From NCBI GenBank assembly GCA_044356455.1, contig JBIKWF010000032.1, positions 1 to 41,185 of the forward strand: a DNA stretch of 41,185 nt, read 5' to 3'. Below, piece by piece: positions 1 through 10,345 of this stretch (position 1 is the first letter of the stretch; every line of letters begins with the position of its first letter). Position numbers and translations under genes: made by a program. The DNA comes from Bdellovibrionota bacterium (GTDB lineage Bacteria; Bdellovibrionota_C; UBA2361; JBGSMV01). The notes below the pieces were generated by a model. That model did no database searches, was not told the origin of the DNA, and was given only the letters and a program-made list of their open reading frames with translations.

Positions 1-2
1 CC

Positions 3-617
3 GGGCAGGTAGAGATTTATAGGGAGAGACTCTGCTGCATTAGCTGGCTAAACCGCTGCCTGTGTGAGCACATCGCAAGGCGCGCCAATGCGGAGGATAA
101 GTGTACGGGGAGGTTCTGGGAGGGGCGCTTTAAGTCCCAGAGGGTGCACGACCTATCCGGTTTGCTGGCCTGCAGCGTATATATTGATCTAAACCCCATC
201 AGGGCGGGCGTATCCAGTACCCCGGAGGAAAGCGACTACACGAGTGTTCAAGACAGGATTAGAGCCCTTAAGAGAACGCCATTGCAGCATCAGGATCTCC
301 CAGTGGTTAGTTCATACCCTCCACTGCTCTCCATAGAGGAGGCTACCGATAAGCAAATCACAACCAAGGAATACCTAAGTCTCGTTGATGCCACGGGACG
401 AGTGGTTGTCGATGGCAAAGGGAGTATTCCAAGTAACCTTGAGGAGATTCTGGTTCGCCTCAATATCAAACCAAAGAGCTGGCTTGATACCACCACGAAC
501 TACCGCCACCGATTTCGAAGGATGGTAGGACCCGCTCGGGCGCTTATCGAAGCTGCTGAGAAAGCGGGGAAGTGCTGGTTCCACGGAATCAATGCGGCGC
601 GTGTGGCCTTCGCTTAG
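3..617 (+). mobile_element. Y1 (HUH) transposase, REP-associated tyrosine transposase-like, 5'-truncated by window edge
   Basis: Frame open from nt 3: ...ISWLNRCLCEHIARRANAEDKCTGRFWEGRFKSQRV..LLACSVYIDLNPIRAG..TPEESDYTS; the FWEGRFKS and YI-x-LNPIRAG (catalytic Tyr) motifs match IS200/RAYT-like Y1 transposases. Confidence 0.85.
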
Positions 618-780
618 AATTAATTTTATCAGATGATTTTTTGCTCACACTCGCGCTCTTCTAGCCTTGTTTGAGCTGTCACCTTTTCCCCGCAAGTAAA
701 GTTACCTCTAGCTATACAGGGCTGGGTTTCGATTTTTCGTTCCTGGGAAATCGGTTGGGCTGTTTAGCTGTGTGGGAAAT

Positions 781-862
781 ATGGGTGTCCTAACTAGGGC
801 TAGCTTGGGCCCTAAGAAGGGCCATTCACTATTTCTGAAAACATGGGTGTCCTAGTTAGGGC
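781..862. repeat. Two 20-bp imperfect direct repeats with internal hairpin (REP-like)
   Basis: ATGGGTGTCCTAACTAGGGC (781-800) and ATGGGTGTCCTAGTTAGGGC (843-862), just downstream of the Y1 transposase. Confidence 0.7.
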
Positions 863-883
863 GAGAAATTAGGGAGGGCTTTG

Positions 884-2422
884 TTATAGGAGGGATGTGC
901 CGGTCATTTCTGCAGGCTTTTTCAGGCCCATCATGGCAAGTAGGGTGGGGGCTACATCGCACAAGGCGCCTCCGGGGCGCAGAGTCTTTGCTCCAGGATG
1001 TCCCACTACGATGCAGGGGACAGGAAAGGTCGTGTGAGAGGTGAACGGTGCGCCGGTTTCGTAATCAATCATCTGCTCGGCATTTCCGTGGTCTGCGATA
1101 ATAATAGCCTCGCCGCCTGTGGCTTCTAGGGCTGTTATCATGCGCCCGAGACATTCGTCCGCCGTTTCAACTGCTTTTACTGCGGCATCAAAGACTCCGG
1201 TGTGTCCCACCATGTCGCAGTTTGCAAGATTTACTACGATGACGTCAAAAGCGCGCGACTCAATGGCTTGTACTACTCCGTTGGTCACTTCTCGAGCGCT
1301 CATTTCTGGCTTTAAGTCATACGTTTTGACGTCGCGCGGAGAGGGGACCATGCGCCGCTCTTCTCCTTTGAGGATGGTTTCTACGCCGCCATTAAGGAAA
1401 TAGGTGACATGGGGGTACTTCTCGGTTTCGGCGGTGCGAAGCTGCGTGAGCCCAGCAGCCGAGATTACGTCGCCTAGGTGATTCTTGATTTCGATAGGCT
1501 CAAAGAGAAACGGGAGGTGTAGCTTTGCATCGTACTCAGTGAAGCCGAGAGTCCTCGATGAATCAAAGGGCACGCGTGCGCGTGGAAAGCCGCTGAAATC
1601 TTGCGAGCAAAGACTGCCTACGATCTGGCGCGCCCTGTCTTCTCGGAAATTATAGAAAATAAATCCGTCCGTAGGGGAAGGTGTGTAAGGAGCCGTGGGG
1701 TCTCCTATAATGCAGGGCTCGATAAACTCGTCGGTAACGCCCGCTTTATAAGCAGCCTCGATTGCCGCCCGCGCTGAGGGGGCATGCGCGCCTTCCCGCG
1801 AAACCACCGCACGAAAAGCGATTTCAGTGCGCTCCCAGCGCTTGTCCCTGTCCATGGCATGGAATCGGCCGCTCAAAGTTGCGACGTGAATACGGGGATA
1901 TGCAGCAAGGAATCGCTCAAGATCGGCAATTTGCTCGCCCGCTCGGTGCGGTGAGGTATCACGTCCGTCGGTGATGAGATGCAAGAGGATTTCCCCTTTA
2001 AAATCTGCAGAGAGGCGCTCAAGCAAGAGATAAAGGTGGTCACTATGCGAGTGCACTCCGCCATCGCTAAAGAGTCCCATCACATGTATGCGTGAGGAGC
2101 CCGAGAGGTTCTTGAGAAAACCGGCATAACTTGCAGTTGAAGCCAGAGAATTCTTCTTCAAGGCATTCGAGATTCTCAGGAGCCACTGTTCAACTACGCG
2201 GCCCGCGCCAATGTTTAAATGGCCGACTTCTGAGTTCCCCATCTGGCCTTCAGGAAGGCCCACCCTCTCTCCATGCGTGGTGAGAGTGGTGAATGGGCAA
2301 GATTGGGATAGGCGGTCGAAGTTAGGCTTTCTCGCTTTGGCAACCGCATTGCCTTCTTCACGAGGGTTAAGTCCAAGACCATCAAGGACGCAAAGGAGAA
2401 AGGTGCGCTTGGAGTTCGTCAT
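884..2422 (-). CDS. gpmI: 2,3-bisphosphoglycerate-independent phosphoglycerate mutase
   Basis: LDGLG, GQMGNSEVGH, HLITDGRD, AETEKYPHVTYF, DMVGHTG, ADHGNAE motifs; 512 aa. Confidence 0.98.
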   Translation of the reverse strand: MTNSKRTFLLCVLDGLGLNPREEGNAVAKARKPNFDRLSQSCPFTTLTTHGERVGLPEGQMGNSEVGHLNIGAGRVVEQWLLRISNALKKNSLASTASYAGFLKNLSGSSRIHVMGLFSDGGVHSHSDHLYLLLERLSADFKGEILLHLITDGRDTSPHRAGEQIADLERFLAAYPRIHVATLSGRFHAMDRDKRWERTEIAFRAVVSREGAHAPSARAAIEAAYKAGVTDEFIEPCIIGDPTAPYTPSPTDGFIFYNFREDRARQIVGSLCSQDFSGFPRARVPFDSSRTLGFTEYDAKLHLPFLFEPIEIKNHLGDVISAAGLTQLRTAETEKYPHVTYFLNGGVETILKGEERRMVPSPRDVKTYDLKPEMSAREVTNGVVQAIESRAFDVIVVNLANCDMVGHTGVFDAAVKAVETADECLGRMITALEATGGEAIIIADHGNAEQMIDYETGAPFTSHTTFPVPCIVVGHPGAKTLRPGGALCDVAPTLLAMMGLKKPAEMTGTSLL

Positions 2423-2451
2423 AAAGGTGCCTGCTCAGGAAGAAATCTACT

Positions 2452-3747
2452 TTAGGGGGTCGACAGTCGAGCGGGAGGCGCATGGGCCGCGCTTCCTCCA
2501 ACAGATCCGTTCTGCTCTGGGCGAAACGCCACGCGCTCGTCGTGGGCTAATGCTTTAAGCGTCTCAGTAGACTCCTTGTACGCGCCAAGCCCACTTAAGC
2601 AAATGCCCCGCAAGAGCTGCGCCTCGCGCTCCATCTCTGGCGAGATCTCGACGCTTTGGCTCTTTGCAAGCGAAGACAGATTTGAGAGCGCCGTGCGCGC
2701 ATCTTCAAACATATTGAGCTCTAAATAGGTTCTTATCAGCGTGAGTTCGGCTTCAAGGCGGAAGAGGCCTTGGGCTTCCTTGGTGGCAGAGCGTGCCGTA
2801 GCAAGCGCGCGTTCTGGCATGCCCCCAGAGATCCAAAGCTCCATGGCCTGGTGCCAGAGGTCGAGTCGCTTTGAAAGTTTGGCCGCCTTTACTAAGGCCT
2901 GGGCTGCAGCTTCGGAATTCCCCGAAGCCTTCTCAGCGACGGAGAGAGCTTCAAAGGCTTCGGCGACAGCAAGGTTTTTCTTACAGAATGCTTTTAGAGC
3001 TTCGGCAGCTGCCGCCGACTCGCTGTTTACCAAATCTTTCTGCAGCTTCTTGAAATTAAGTCTTCCGAGGACCGAATCATTGTCCGCTTCCGCAGGCGAG
3101 AGTCTCTCAAGCTTTCCATGGTACTCTATTGCGTCGTCGATACGTCCCAGATCTTCTGAGAGATCGCGGGCTAACTTTGCTGCACGTAGGATGGGCTGCT
3201 GATAAAGTATGAGCGCAAGGTTATCGACTGCGGCGGTCTTATTTCCTAGTGCAAGGTTGAGTTCTGCTGCGCGAAACAAAACTTCCAGATTGTCAGGGGC
3301 TGCTGCGCGAGCGGCATCGAGCAGGCGCAGTGCCTCATCGGGGTTGCCTGAATTCTCAAGCGAGCGGGAAAGTTCGATGCGTGCGATGAGATTTCCAGGA
3401 TCGCGGCGTAAGATCTGCTGCCAAAGTGCTTCAGCTTTACCCCATTCTCCCGAGGCGAGAGCGCTGCGGGCCTTGAGCACACTCTGGTAAAAGCTTTCCC
3501 TGTTTTTGTCTTTGCTGATAAGCCGCCGCTCGCGCAGGTATGAGCGGAATCCAAAGAAAGTTGCTACCAGCGCGGTGCATAAAATGCCCAAACAGAAGAG
3601 GGCGATGAAGATGACTCCGGCGCTGGTGGTAATGTCAGTAGAGGGCGCGAGTCGGATAGTAATACTCTCGCGGTTTAGGATTACAATGTAGAGCGAGAGG
3701 GCGATAATGACGAATGCCACCAAGAGGCGATTGATTCTCGAAATCAT
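2452..3747 (-). CDS. Membrane-anchored TPR protein with N-terminal LapA-like two-helix region (LapB/HemY-like)
   Basis: Two N-terminal hydrophobic helices around N-x-x-x-ITI followed by Ala/Leu-rich TPR-like repeats; 431 aa. Confidence 0.7.
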   Translation of the reverse strand: MISRINRLLVAFVIIALSLYIVILNRESITIRLAPSTDITTSAGVIFIALFCLGILCTALVATFFGFRSYLRERRLISKDKNRESFYQSVLKARSALASGEWGKAEALWQQILRRDPGNLIARIELSRSLENSGNPDEALRLLDAARAAAPDNLEVLFRAAELNLALGNKTAAVDNLALILYQQPILRAAKLARDLSEDLGRIDDAIEYHGKLERLSPAEADNDSVLGRLNFKKLQKDLVNSESAAAAEALKAFCKKNLAVAEAFEALSVAEKASGNSEAAAQALVKAAKLSKRLDLWHQAMELWISGGMPERALATARSATKEAQGLFRLEAELTLIRTYLELNMFEDARTALSNLSSLAKSQSVEISPEMEREAQLLRGICLSGLGAYKESTETLKALAHDERVAFRPEQNGSVGGSAAHAPPARLSTP

Positions 3748-3805
3748 TTCAAGAGTCTAGATCACTTTTTGGGCAAATTGCCACTCTTGGATAAGGCCTA
3801 TTATT

Positions 3806-3860
3806 CCCCCTTAGTGGTGCGGCACGACAACCACTAAGAACACACAGACCACTAAGGGGG
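3806..3860. repeat. 13-bp perfect inverted repeat containing ACCACTAAG units
   Basis: CCCCCTTAGTGGT (3806-3818) / ACCACTAAGGGGG (3848-3860), extra ACCACTAAG at 3830-3838. Confidence 0.75.
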
Positions 3861-3872
3861 GAGGGGGAGATT

Positions 3873-4364
3873 TTACGCCGCCCGAACAGAGGCGGACTGA
3901 GCCAGGCGCTCAAGCTCTTTCAAGCGCGGCGCTTTAGCCCATAGCCCTTCAATGTCGTAATGGGGGCGAAGGGCTTCATAAAACACGTGCATAATGACAT
4001 CGCCAAAGTCGAGAACCACCCAATGGCCCTTTTCGATTCCTTCGGCCGAGGTTGTCTCCGCGCCGTGCTGGGCGAGGCCCTCAATAACGCGGTTGCAGAG
4101 CCCCTGCACTTGCCGATCTGAACGGCCAGAAACAACCACGAAGTATTCACAAATGTCGGTTAGCTGAGAGACGTCCAAGACGGTGATATCTTTCCCTTTT
4201 GCCTCCACACATAGTTCGACTGCGTGATGTAATAGAGATTTTGCATCAAGCGTCTCGCCGTGGAACTGCTCAAACTGAAGAGCCTCAGAACCTCGAGGCC
4301 CCGATTGTTCAAAGCCTGAACAATCAGAATCTGTGCATCCAGAATCTGCGAGAATGTGCTTCAT
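3873..4364 (-). CDS. rsfS: Ribosome silencing factor RsfS (Iojap)
   Basis: KGKDITVLDV, FVVVSGRSDRQV, EG...WVVLDFGDVIMHVF...R..YDIEGLW; GGAGG upstream of ATG. Confidence 0.96.
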   Translation of the reverse strand: MKHILADSGCTDSDCSGFEQSGPRGSEALQFEQFHGETLDAKSLLHHAVELCVEAKGKDITVLDVSQLTDICEYFVVVSGRSDRQVQGLCNRVIEGLAQHGAETTSAEGIEKGHWVVLDFGDVIMHVFYEALRPHYDIEGLWAKAPRLKELERLAQSASVRAA

Positions 4365-4909
4365 AGTGTAGGGGTCCCTCCATCAATATATTGCTCAACT
4401 ACCAGTCTCTTGCGTGTAAATAAAGATCGGTACGAGGGGGCGCTGTGGTGGCTCTCATGCTGTGAGGCGAGTCGACTTGTCTGCCCAGGAATTTGTTTCT
4501 CTGCCTTAAGTTCCGATGCATTTGAACTTGCGCGCACCGTAATGCGTAAATGAATAAGGGGTAGTTGAGCGCACCTGTTAGTGTGGTTACTCAATCTCGC
4601 CCTCCCCCGCAGATGTAGTAGTGCTGACAAAAGCAGATTTCAGAGATCTTTCGGAGCGTGAGCGTAAATGCCGCAAAGGGTATCGAGGCGAGAGATAGCC
4701 GCAGATGGGGCCACAAGGGGAAGAAGAAATCTGAGAGGGCACTTTGTTAATAAGTAAGTCCTCGAAAAATCTTGCTAAGATAATGATACCAGAGCCTGAT
4801 CCATCCAGCAATTACGAATAATCAGCCCCCGTATCTAGGGGGTAAATCGTCAAAATCAATGAGCTTCTTGAGCAGTTTTTCGGGGGAAACAAGGCGGCTC
4901 CTCGTGCCC

Positions 4910-7576
4910 TCAAATTCCGAAGCGAGTGCGCGCAAGCGCGTAGACACTGTCGAATTTGTCGCTAGGAACACTGACCAAAGAGGCGAGTTGCGGCTTGCCG
5001 CCACCTTTCCCCCCAATCTGCTGGGAGATCTCTTTTACGAGCGCTCCCGCATTGGTCTCTCCAATTGCGCTGCTCATTGCCACAACGACATTGCCGCCTT
5101 CCGTTTGTCCAAGTGCCACGGCCCCTTGCCCAAGGCGCGCCAACGTACGCTCTGCGACGAGCATTAGGGTGTCGCGATTGACACGCTGCTCTACAGAAGT
5201 CACCACAAAACGTGTGCCGTTATGCTCTTTTGCATGCGAGGCAAGGCGCTCACTAATGAGCTCGGCAATCATTTTGTGTGAGGCTTCAAGTTCGCCTGCA
5301 AGACCCGCGTTCGATTGCTGCAGGGCGTCTATGCGGGAAGGAAGCTCTGCGACCGTGCCCTTGGTCTTGCTGATGAGCGTCTTTAATGTTTGCTGCATGT
5401 TGGCAATTTCAGCGAGTGCGCGGGGACCTGAAACGCCCTCGATGCGGCGCACGCCTGAGGCAACGCTGCCTTCACTGAGGAGAACCTGAGCACCAATATC
5501 GCCAGTGCGCGAAACATGGGTGCCGCCGCAAAGCTCAACAGAAAGCGGCCCCATCTCAACCACGCGCACCGTTTCTCCGTATTTCTCACCAAAGGTCGCC
5601 ACCGCACCGCGCGCCTTGGCTTGAGCAATGGGGAGAGTTTCGGTCTGAACTGCGTGGTTTTCTCGAATAATCTGATTGATGAGAGTTTGGATTTCTATCA
5701 TCTGCTCGGGACTCACGGCCTTGTCGTGAGCAAAATCGAAGCGGAAACGGTCCGAGGTCACCAAGGAGCCTCTCTGCTCGACGTGTGCGCCGAGGATATT
5801 GCGAAGCGCGGCGCCAAGGAGGTGAGTGCCTGAGTGGTTTTGGGCAATAAGAGACCTGAGGCTTGCGTCTACCTCAGCAGTTGCCTTTTGGCCGATAAGC
5901 GAAGCGAGTTCAGGGTGCCCCGCCGGTAGCGACACTACGTGGACCACGTGTCCTGAGTGCGTTTTTTGGGTATCGAGCACCTCAAAAGCCACGTGGTTGA
6001 TGGTTATGGTACCGCGGTCTCCAATTTGTCCGCCCATCTCTGCGTAAAAGGGAGTGCGGGTGAGCACCACGTGCCCTCGTAACGTGCTGTCTTTGGAGGG
6101 GGCAGGAAGAAACGCTGCGACGCTGCTTTCAGCTTTGAGTTGATCGTAGCCGACAAACTCAGTCGCAGGGAAAGAAAAGGCGAGTTCCTTAAGGGAGGCC
6201 GCAGAAGTAGCCGAACCCGTTCCCTTCGGCGTTGCCCGGGATCGCTCGCGCTGCTCTTCCATGAGGACATCAAAACGTTTGCGATCAACTGAGATTCCGC
6301 GATCTTTAAGCACATCCTCGGTGAGGTCGAGCGGGAAGCCAAAGGTGTCGTGGAGACGGAAGGCGATATCTCCGGGAAGCACTGCTCCTTGAGAGAGTGA
6401 GGCGGTTGCTTCGGAGAGGAGTTTTAAGCCGCCTGCGAGAGTTTTGCGAAATTGAGATTCTTCTTGAGAAGTGAGCTTCTGAATGAGCGCGGCCTGTTTC
6501 TTTAGCTCAGGATATACGCTGCTCATTTGAAGGATGACATCGTTGGTAACTTGCGTGAGAAAGGGCTCATGAATGCCAAGCGCATCTCCGCGCAGCGTGG
6601 CGCGGCGAATAAGCCTTCGTAGTACGTACCCTTCTTTCTCATTGCTCGGGGCCACGCCGTCGGCGATGAGGAATGAGATCGAGCGAGCGTGGTCGGCAAT
6701 CACACGCATGGCGACATCTCGTCCCCACTGCTGAGCGCTTAGCTTTGTTTTGTCGTATGAAGAGCCGTCGTAGGAGAGCGCCGAGATGCTTTCGACTCGT
6801 CGAATCAGAGCCCGAATTTCATCTGAGTCGAAATTCGATTTCTTTCCTTGAATGATTGAAGCAAGTCTCTCGAGGCCTGCGCCTGTATCGATACAAGGCT
6901 TTGGAAGCGGAATCACCGTACCGTCGAGATTCCTGTTCTGCTGCATGAAGACGAGATTCCAGAACTCCAAGTACGTGCCGTCGTCCTTCATGAACTCAGC
7001 GACACTTTGCGTCTCGGGCTTGTCGCCCATGTAGTAGAAGATTTCAGAAGAGTATCCGCGCGGGCCAAAATCGCCCATGACCCAAAGATTAGTGTCGTCG
7101 CCAAGACGCACAATTCTCTCTGCTGCGACGCCCGTTTTCTTCCAAATATCTGCGGCAGCATCGTCGCTGTGATGAACGGTTACCCAAAGATGTGAGATGG
7201 GTAGCTTGAGATCTTTTGTGATCAAGTCCCAGGCAAATGTAATGGCGTCTTCTTTGAAGTAATCGCCGAGGGAAAAATTCCCCAACATTTCAAAGAACGT
7301 GTGATGGCGCGGGGTCTGCCCAATCTGGTCGTAGTCGTTGTGCTTTCCCGAAACGCGCAAACTCTTTTGGCACGAGGTGGCGCGAACATAGGGACGAGTC
7401 TCAAGCCCACGGAAACAATCCTTGAACGGCACCATGCCGCTATTTACAAAGAGTAAAGAGGGGTCGCCTTGCGGAAGTAGCGATGCGCTTTCAACGTGCG
7501 TGTGCCCACGCTGAACGAAGAAGTTAATAAACATTGAACGGAGTTGCTGGGTGGTAATCATATAAGGTTGGGCCAT
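4910..7576 (-). CDS. alaS: Alanine--tRNA ligase
   Basis: LLFVNSGMVPFK, RHHTFFEMLGNFS, IDTGAGLER, editing motifs NHSGTHLL and ELCGGTH, C-terminal GGKGGGK. Confidence 0.99.
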   Translation of the reverse strand: MAQPYMITTQQLRSMFINFFVQRGHTHVESASLLPQGDPSLLFVNSGMVPFKDCFRGLETRPYVRATSCQKSLRVSGKHNDYDQIGQTPRHHTFFEMLGNFSLGDYFKEDAITFAWDLITKDLKLPISHLWVTVHHSDDAAADIWKKTGVAAERIVRLGDDTNLWVMGDFGPRGYSSEIFYYMGDKPETQSVAEFMKDDGTYLEFWNLVFMQQNRNLDGTVIPLPKPCIDTGAGLERLASIIQGKKSNFDSDEIRALIRRVESISALSYDGSSYDKTKLSAQQWGRDVAMRVIADHARSISFLIADGVAPSNEKEGYVLRRLIRRATLRGDALGIHEPFLTQVTNDVILQMSSVYPELKKQAALIQKLTSQEESQFRKTLAGGLKLLSEATASLSQGAVLPGDIAFRLHDTFGFPLDLTEDVLKDRGISVDRKRFDVLMEEQRERSRATPKGTGSATSAASLKELAFSFPATEFVGYDQLKAESSVAAFLPAPSKDSTLRGHVVLTRTPFYAEMGGQIGDRGTITINHVAFEVLDTQKTHSGHVVHVVSLPAGHPELASLIGQKATAEVDASLRSLIAQNHSGTHLLGAALRNILGAHVEQRGSLVTSDRFRFDFAHDKAVSPEQMIEIQTLINQIIRENHAVQTETLPIAQAKARGAVATFGEKYGETVRVVEMGPLSVELCGGTHVSRTGDIGAQVLLSEGSVASGVRRIEGVSGPRALAEIANMQQTLKTLISKTKGTVAELPSRIDALQQSNAGLAGELEASHKMIAELISERLASHAKEHNGTRFVVTSVEQRVNRDTLMLVAERTLARLGQGAVALGQTEGGNVVVAMSSAIGETNAGALVKEISQQIGGKGGGKPQLASLVSVPSDKFDSVYALARTRFGI

Positions 7577-7840
7577 TTGAGTCAGAACGCTACTTCATAG
7601 GGGGCTGCGCGGGGCATCCCAGGGAAAATTTTGGCAAAATTCGCGCCGAAGGCATAGTAAATGACCTGCGCTGCAACTTAAATATCTAATTTCCCGTGCT
7701 TGCTTGATTATTTGAGCTGCCTTCCGCTTTTTGGGCTCGCTAAGCCACTTTTAAGGATTGCTGAAGTATCCAGACATTGGGGTGCGCGCCCTTAAGGCGC
7801 GGAGCTTCTTCTCGCGCTAGGAGTCAGAACTCGCCGGTAG

Positions 7841-8944
7841 TTATAGGGAGCTCTCGTCGGTTTCGCTCTGCTGCGCTTGAAGCGCTATCTCGGCATCTTC
7901 GCGTCTGGCCTTTTCGAGCTCGGCTGAAAGTTCAGTAAGCAGCTCATCCAAGCCCTCTCCTGTAACCGCGGAGATTTGTAAGCACCTAAGCCCTTTAGCC
8001 TCAAAATCCGCCTTGTATTCAGCGAAGCTATTAGTCTCTGGGGAAGTGTCTTTTTTAGTCAGCACCACAATCTGAGGGCGCTCTGCAATCTCAGGGGAGA
8101 ACAGACGAAGTTCGTTGGTTATTGCCTCCCAGGCTTCTAGAGGAGGGAAGGGGCTTCCGTCGTCCTTTAATTGGGAAGGATCAATGAGATGCGCAATAAC
8201 TTTAGTTCGCTCTACGTGCTTCAAAAACTTTATGCCAAGACCCTTGCCCTGGTGGGCTCCGGGGATGAGTCCTGGAATGTCCGCCACCACAAAACTTCTC
8301 CCGCCTTTGGCCTGCACCACCCCAAGATTGGGTGTCAGGGTCGTAAAGGGGTAGTCGGCGATCTTGGGGCGCGCAGCTGAAATTCTGGAAATTAGGGTCG
8401 ATTTGCCCGCGTTGGGCAGCCCGACGAGACCAACATCCGCTACGAGCTTAAGGGAGAGTACGTATTCTCCTGACTCGCCTTCTTCTCCTGGCTGAAAATG
8501 TTCTGGGGCTCGGTTAGTAGGGGACTTAAAGAAGGAGTTCCCTTTTCCGCCGCGGCCGCCTTGGGCGAGCGTCATGGTGGCGCCGTCTTTGTCGAAGTCG
8601 CAAACAAGGTCACCAAGGATGGGTTCCTTGTTTTCGTCAAATCCGGCGCTCTTATAAACTTGAGTGCCCACAGGGACTTTAATGATCAGGTCCTCTCCGG
8701 CCTTCCCGTCTTTTCTCGATCCCTGGCCCTTAAGGCCGTCCGTTGCTTTCCAGCGCGGTTGAAAGTGAAAGTCGAGAAGGGTCGTGAGGTTCGCGGTCGC
8801 AACGAGAATTACCGAGCCGCCACGACCTCCATTGCCGCCGTCGGGACCGCCGAGAGGTACAAATTTCTCGCGGTAAAAGCTCTTAATGCCAGAGCCGCCG
8901 TGCCCAGCTTCAACAAGGATCGTTGCTTCATCAATAAATTTCAT
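7841..8944 (-). CDS. obgE: GTPase Obg/CgtA
   Basis: MKFIDEA start (8944, preferred over ORF-track 9037), GGPDGGNGGRGG, GLPNAGKST, YPFTT, DIPG, TKKD. Confidence 0.98.
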   Translation of the reverse strand: MKFIDEATILVEAGHGGSGIKSFYREKFVPLGGPDGGNGGRGGSVILVATANLTTLLDFHFQPRWKATDGLKGQGSRKDGKAGEDLIIKVPVGTQVYKSAGFDENKEPILGDLVCDFDKDGATMTLAQGGRGGKGNSFFKSPTNRAPEHFQPGEEGESGEYVLSLKLVADVGLVGLPNAGKSTLISRISAARPKIADYPFTTLTPNLGVVQAKGGRSFVVADIPGLIPGAHQGKGLGIKFLKHVERTKVIAHLIDPSQLKDDGSPFPPLEAWEAITNELRLFSPEIAERPQIVVLTKKDTSPETNSFAEYKADFEAKGLRCLQISAVTGEGLDELLTELSAELEKARREDAEIALQAQQSETDESSL

Positions 8945-8987
8945 AACGATCTCTTCCTGCTTCGCTCGAACTAAGAGAAATAAAACT

Positions 8988-9024
8988 AAAAAAAAAGCCG
9001 ACGCACGATTCTGTCGGCGTCGGC
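8988..9024 (-). terminator. Intrinsic terminator between rpmA and obgE
   Basis: Minus strand GCCGACGC-12nt-GCGTCGGC followed by T9. Confidence 0.75.
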
Positions 9025-9108
9025 AATCATCTATCAACCGGGCTACGAAGTGACGGGCTACTAGTCGCTACTAATAGCAAGGCACCAATAACCCCCTTAA
9101 GTAACTGC

Positions 9109-9375
9109 TTACGCAGCCGCTACTTCGGGAACAGGCAAGATGTTTACTACGAGCTTATTGCCCTGCTTGAACTCAACGATACCGTCGGTCAAGGCGAAAA
9201 TCGTGAAATCACGGCCTGCGGCAGCGTTTACGCCGGGGTGGTATGTGGACCCGCGTTGGCGAATGATGATGTTACCGCTACGAACGAGCTCGCCGCCGTA
9301 CTTCTTAATTCCAAGACGCTTGCCACGACTGTCGCGTCCGTTCTTCGAACTACCACCAGCTTTCTTATGTGCCAT
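9109..9375 (-). CDS. rpmA: 50S ribosomal protein L27
   Basis: [24 protein letters not shown]. Confidence 0.99.
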   Translation of the reverse strand: MAHKKAGGSSKNGRDSRGKRLGIKKYGGELVRSGNIIIRQRGSTYHPGVNAAAGRDFTIFALTDGIVEFKQGNKLVVNILPVPEVAAA

Positions 9376-9443
9376 GAGAAATATACCTCAGACGAAATTC
9401 AAAATCCTAATGCTCTCAACTTGCGAGTGCCCGCTACTACTTC

Positions 9444-9899
9444 TTAGCGTCCCGCGACGATTTCTTCGATGCGCAGGTGGGTGAGGAGCTGACGATGACC
9501 CTGGCTCTTGGTGTAACCAGTTCTGCGCTTCTTTTTGTAAATGATGACCTTCTTGCCTTTGTTGTGAGCAAGAATCTTGGCGTTAACCTTGGCGCCTGCA
9601 ACTCTGGGTGTGCCCACAAGAACAGTGCTTTGGCCATCGCTGCCATGTCCATCACCACTTGAGCTAACCAATCGCACATCATCGATGGTGACTTGGGAGC
9701 CGACGTCAGCTTCCATTCTGTCGACAATGATCTTTTGACCAGGGGAGACAGTAAATTGCTTTCCAGCGACTTGGATGACCGCCTTCATGCCACTAGATTC
9801 TTTAGAAGCTTCCGTCTCCTTCTTCTTAGCGGAAGTCTTTTTTGGTGCGGTCGCTGTTTTGTCAGCAACTGATTTCTCAGCAATTGTTTTTTCAGCCAT
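9444..9899 (-). CDS. rplU: 50S ribosomal protein L21 with Lys/Ala-rich N-terminal extension
   Basis: AVIQVAGKQFTV, VGTPRVAGAKV, KKKRRTGYTKSQGHRQ; adjacent to rpmA. Confidence 0.97.
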   Translation of the reverse strand: MAEKTIAEKSVADKTATAPKKTSAKKKETEASKESSGMKAVIQVAGKQFTVSPGQKIIVDRMEADVGSQVTIDDVRLVSSSGDGHGSDGQSTVLVGTPRVAGAKVNAKILAHNKGKKVIIYKKKRRTGYTKSQGHRQLLTHLRIEEIVAGR

Positions 9900-10345
9900 A
9901 ACTCAACTCATGCAAAAAACATATTTTGCGAATTTCTCGCTAGCCACCAGGCTCTTCCGCCGCAATCTAATTCGACAGAGACCTCAGGCCATTCCGCCAG
10001 AAAAACGTGAACTAAGTAATTATAGGTACTTAGCAAGACTCTCGGGAGTTTTGAGAGACCGGGGTTTTACCTTCTAAGTTCCTCAAAAGCAAGCGCGCGG
10101 GGCCTGGATATTCAATAGGCCAAAACGGCGTCTTTATAGGCAAGATGCTAATAGCTTAACTTTATTAGTCTGCTATACTTCCCTACTGTTAGGCTTCCTG
10201 TTAGGGGAACTTTCGTGAGGCTTTTCTGAATTTTGTCAGGAATAATGCCTAGGTGGGACAGATAGCTGCCCCACGACCGAAAGAATGGGAACGTAATCGT
10301 GCAAATGTTCTTTTTTAACAATAGTTTTCGCTGGATGGCCCGATC

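Noticed and set aside
4361..4630. 89-aa ORF whose stop overlaps the rsfS start
   Set aside because: TTG start, no recognisable motif, not NadD-like; cannot support as a gene
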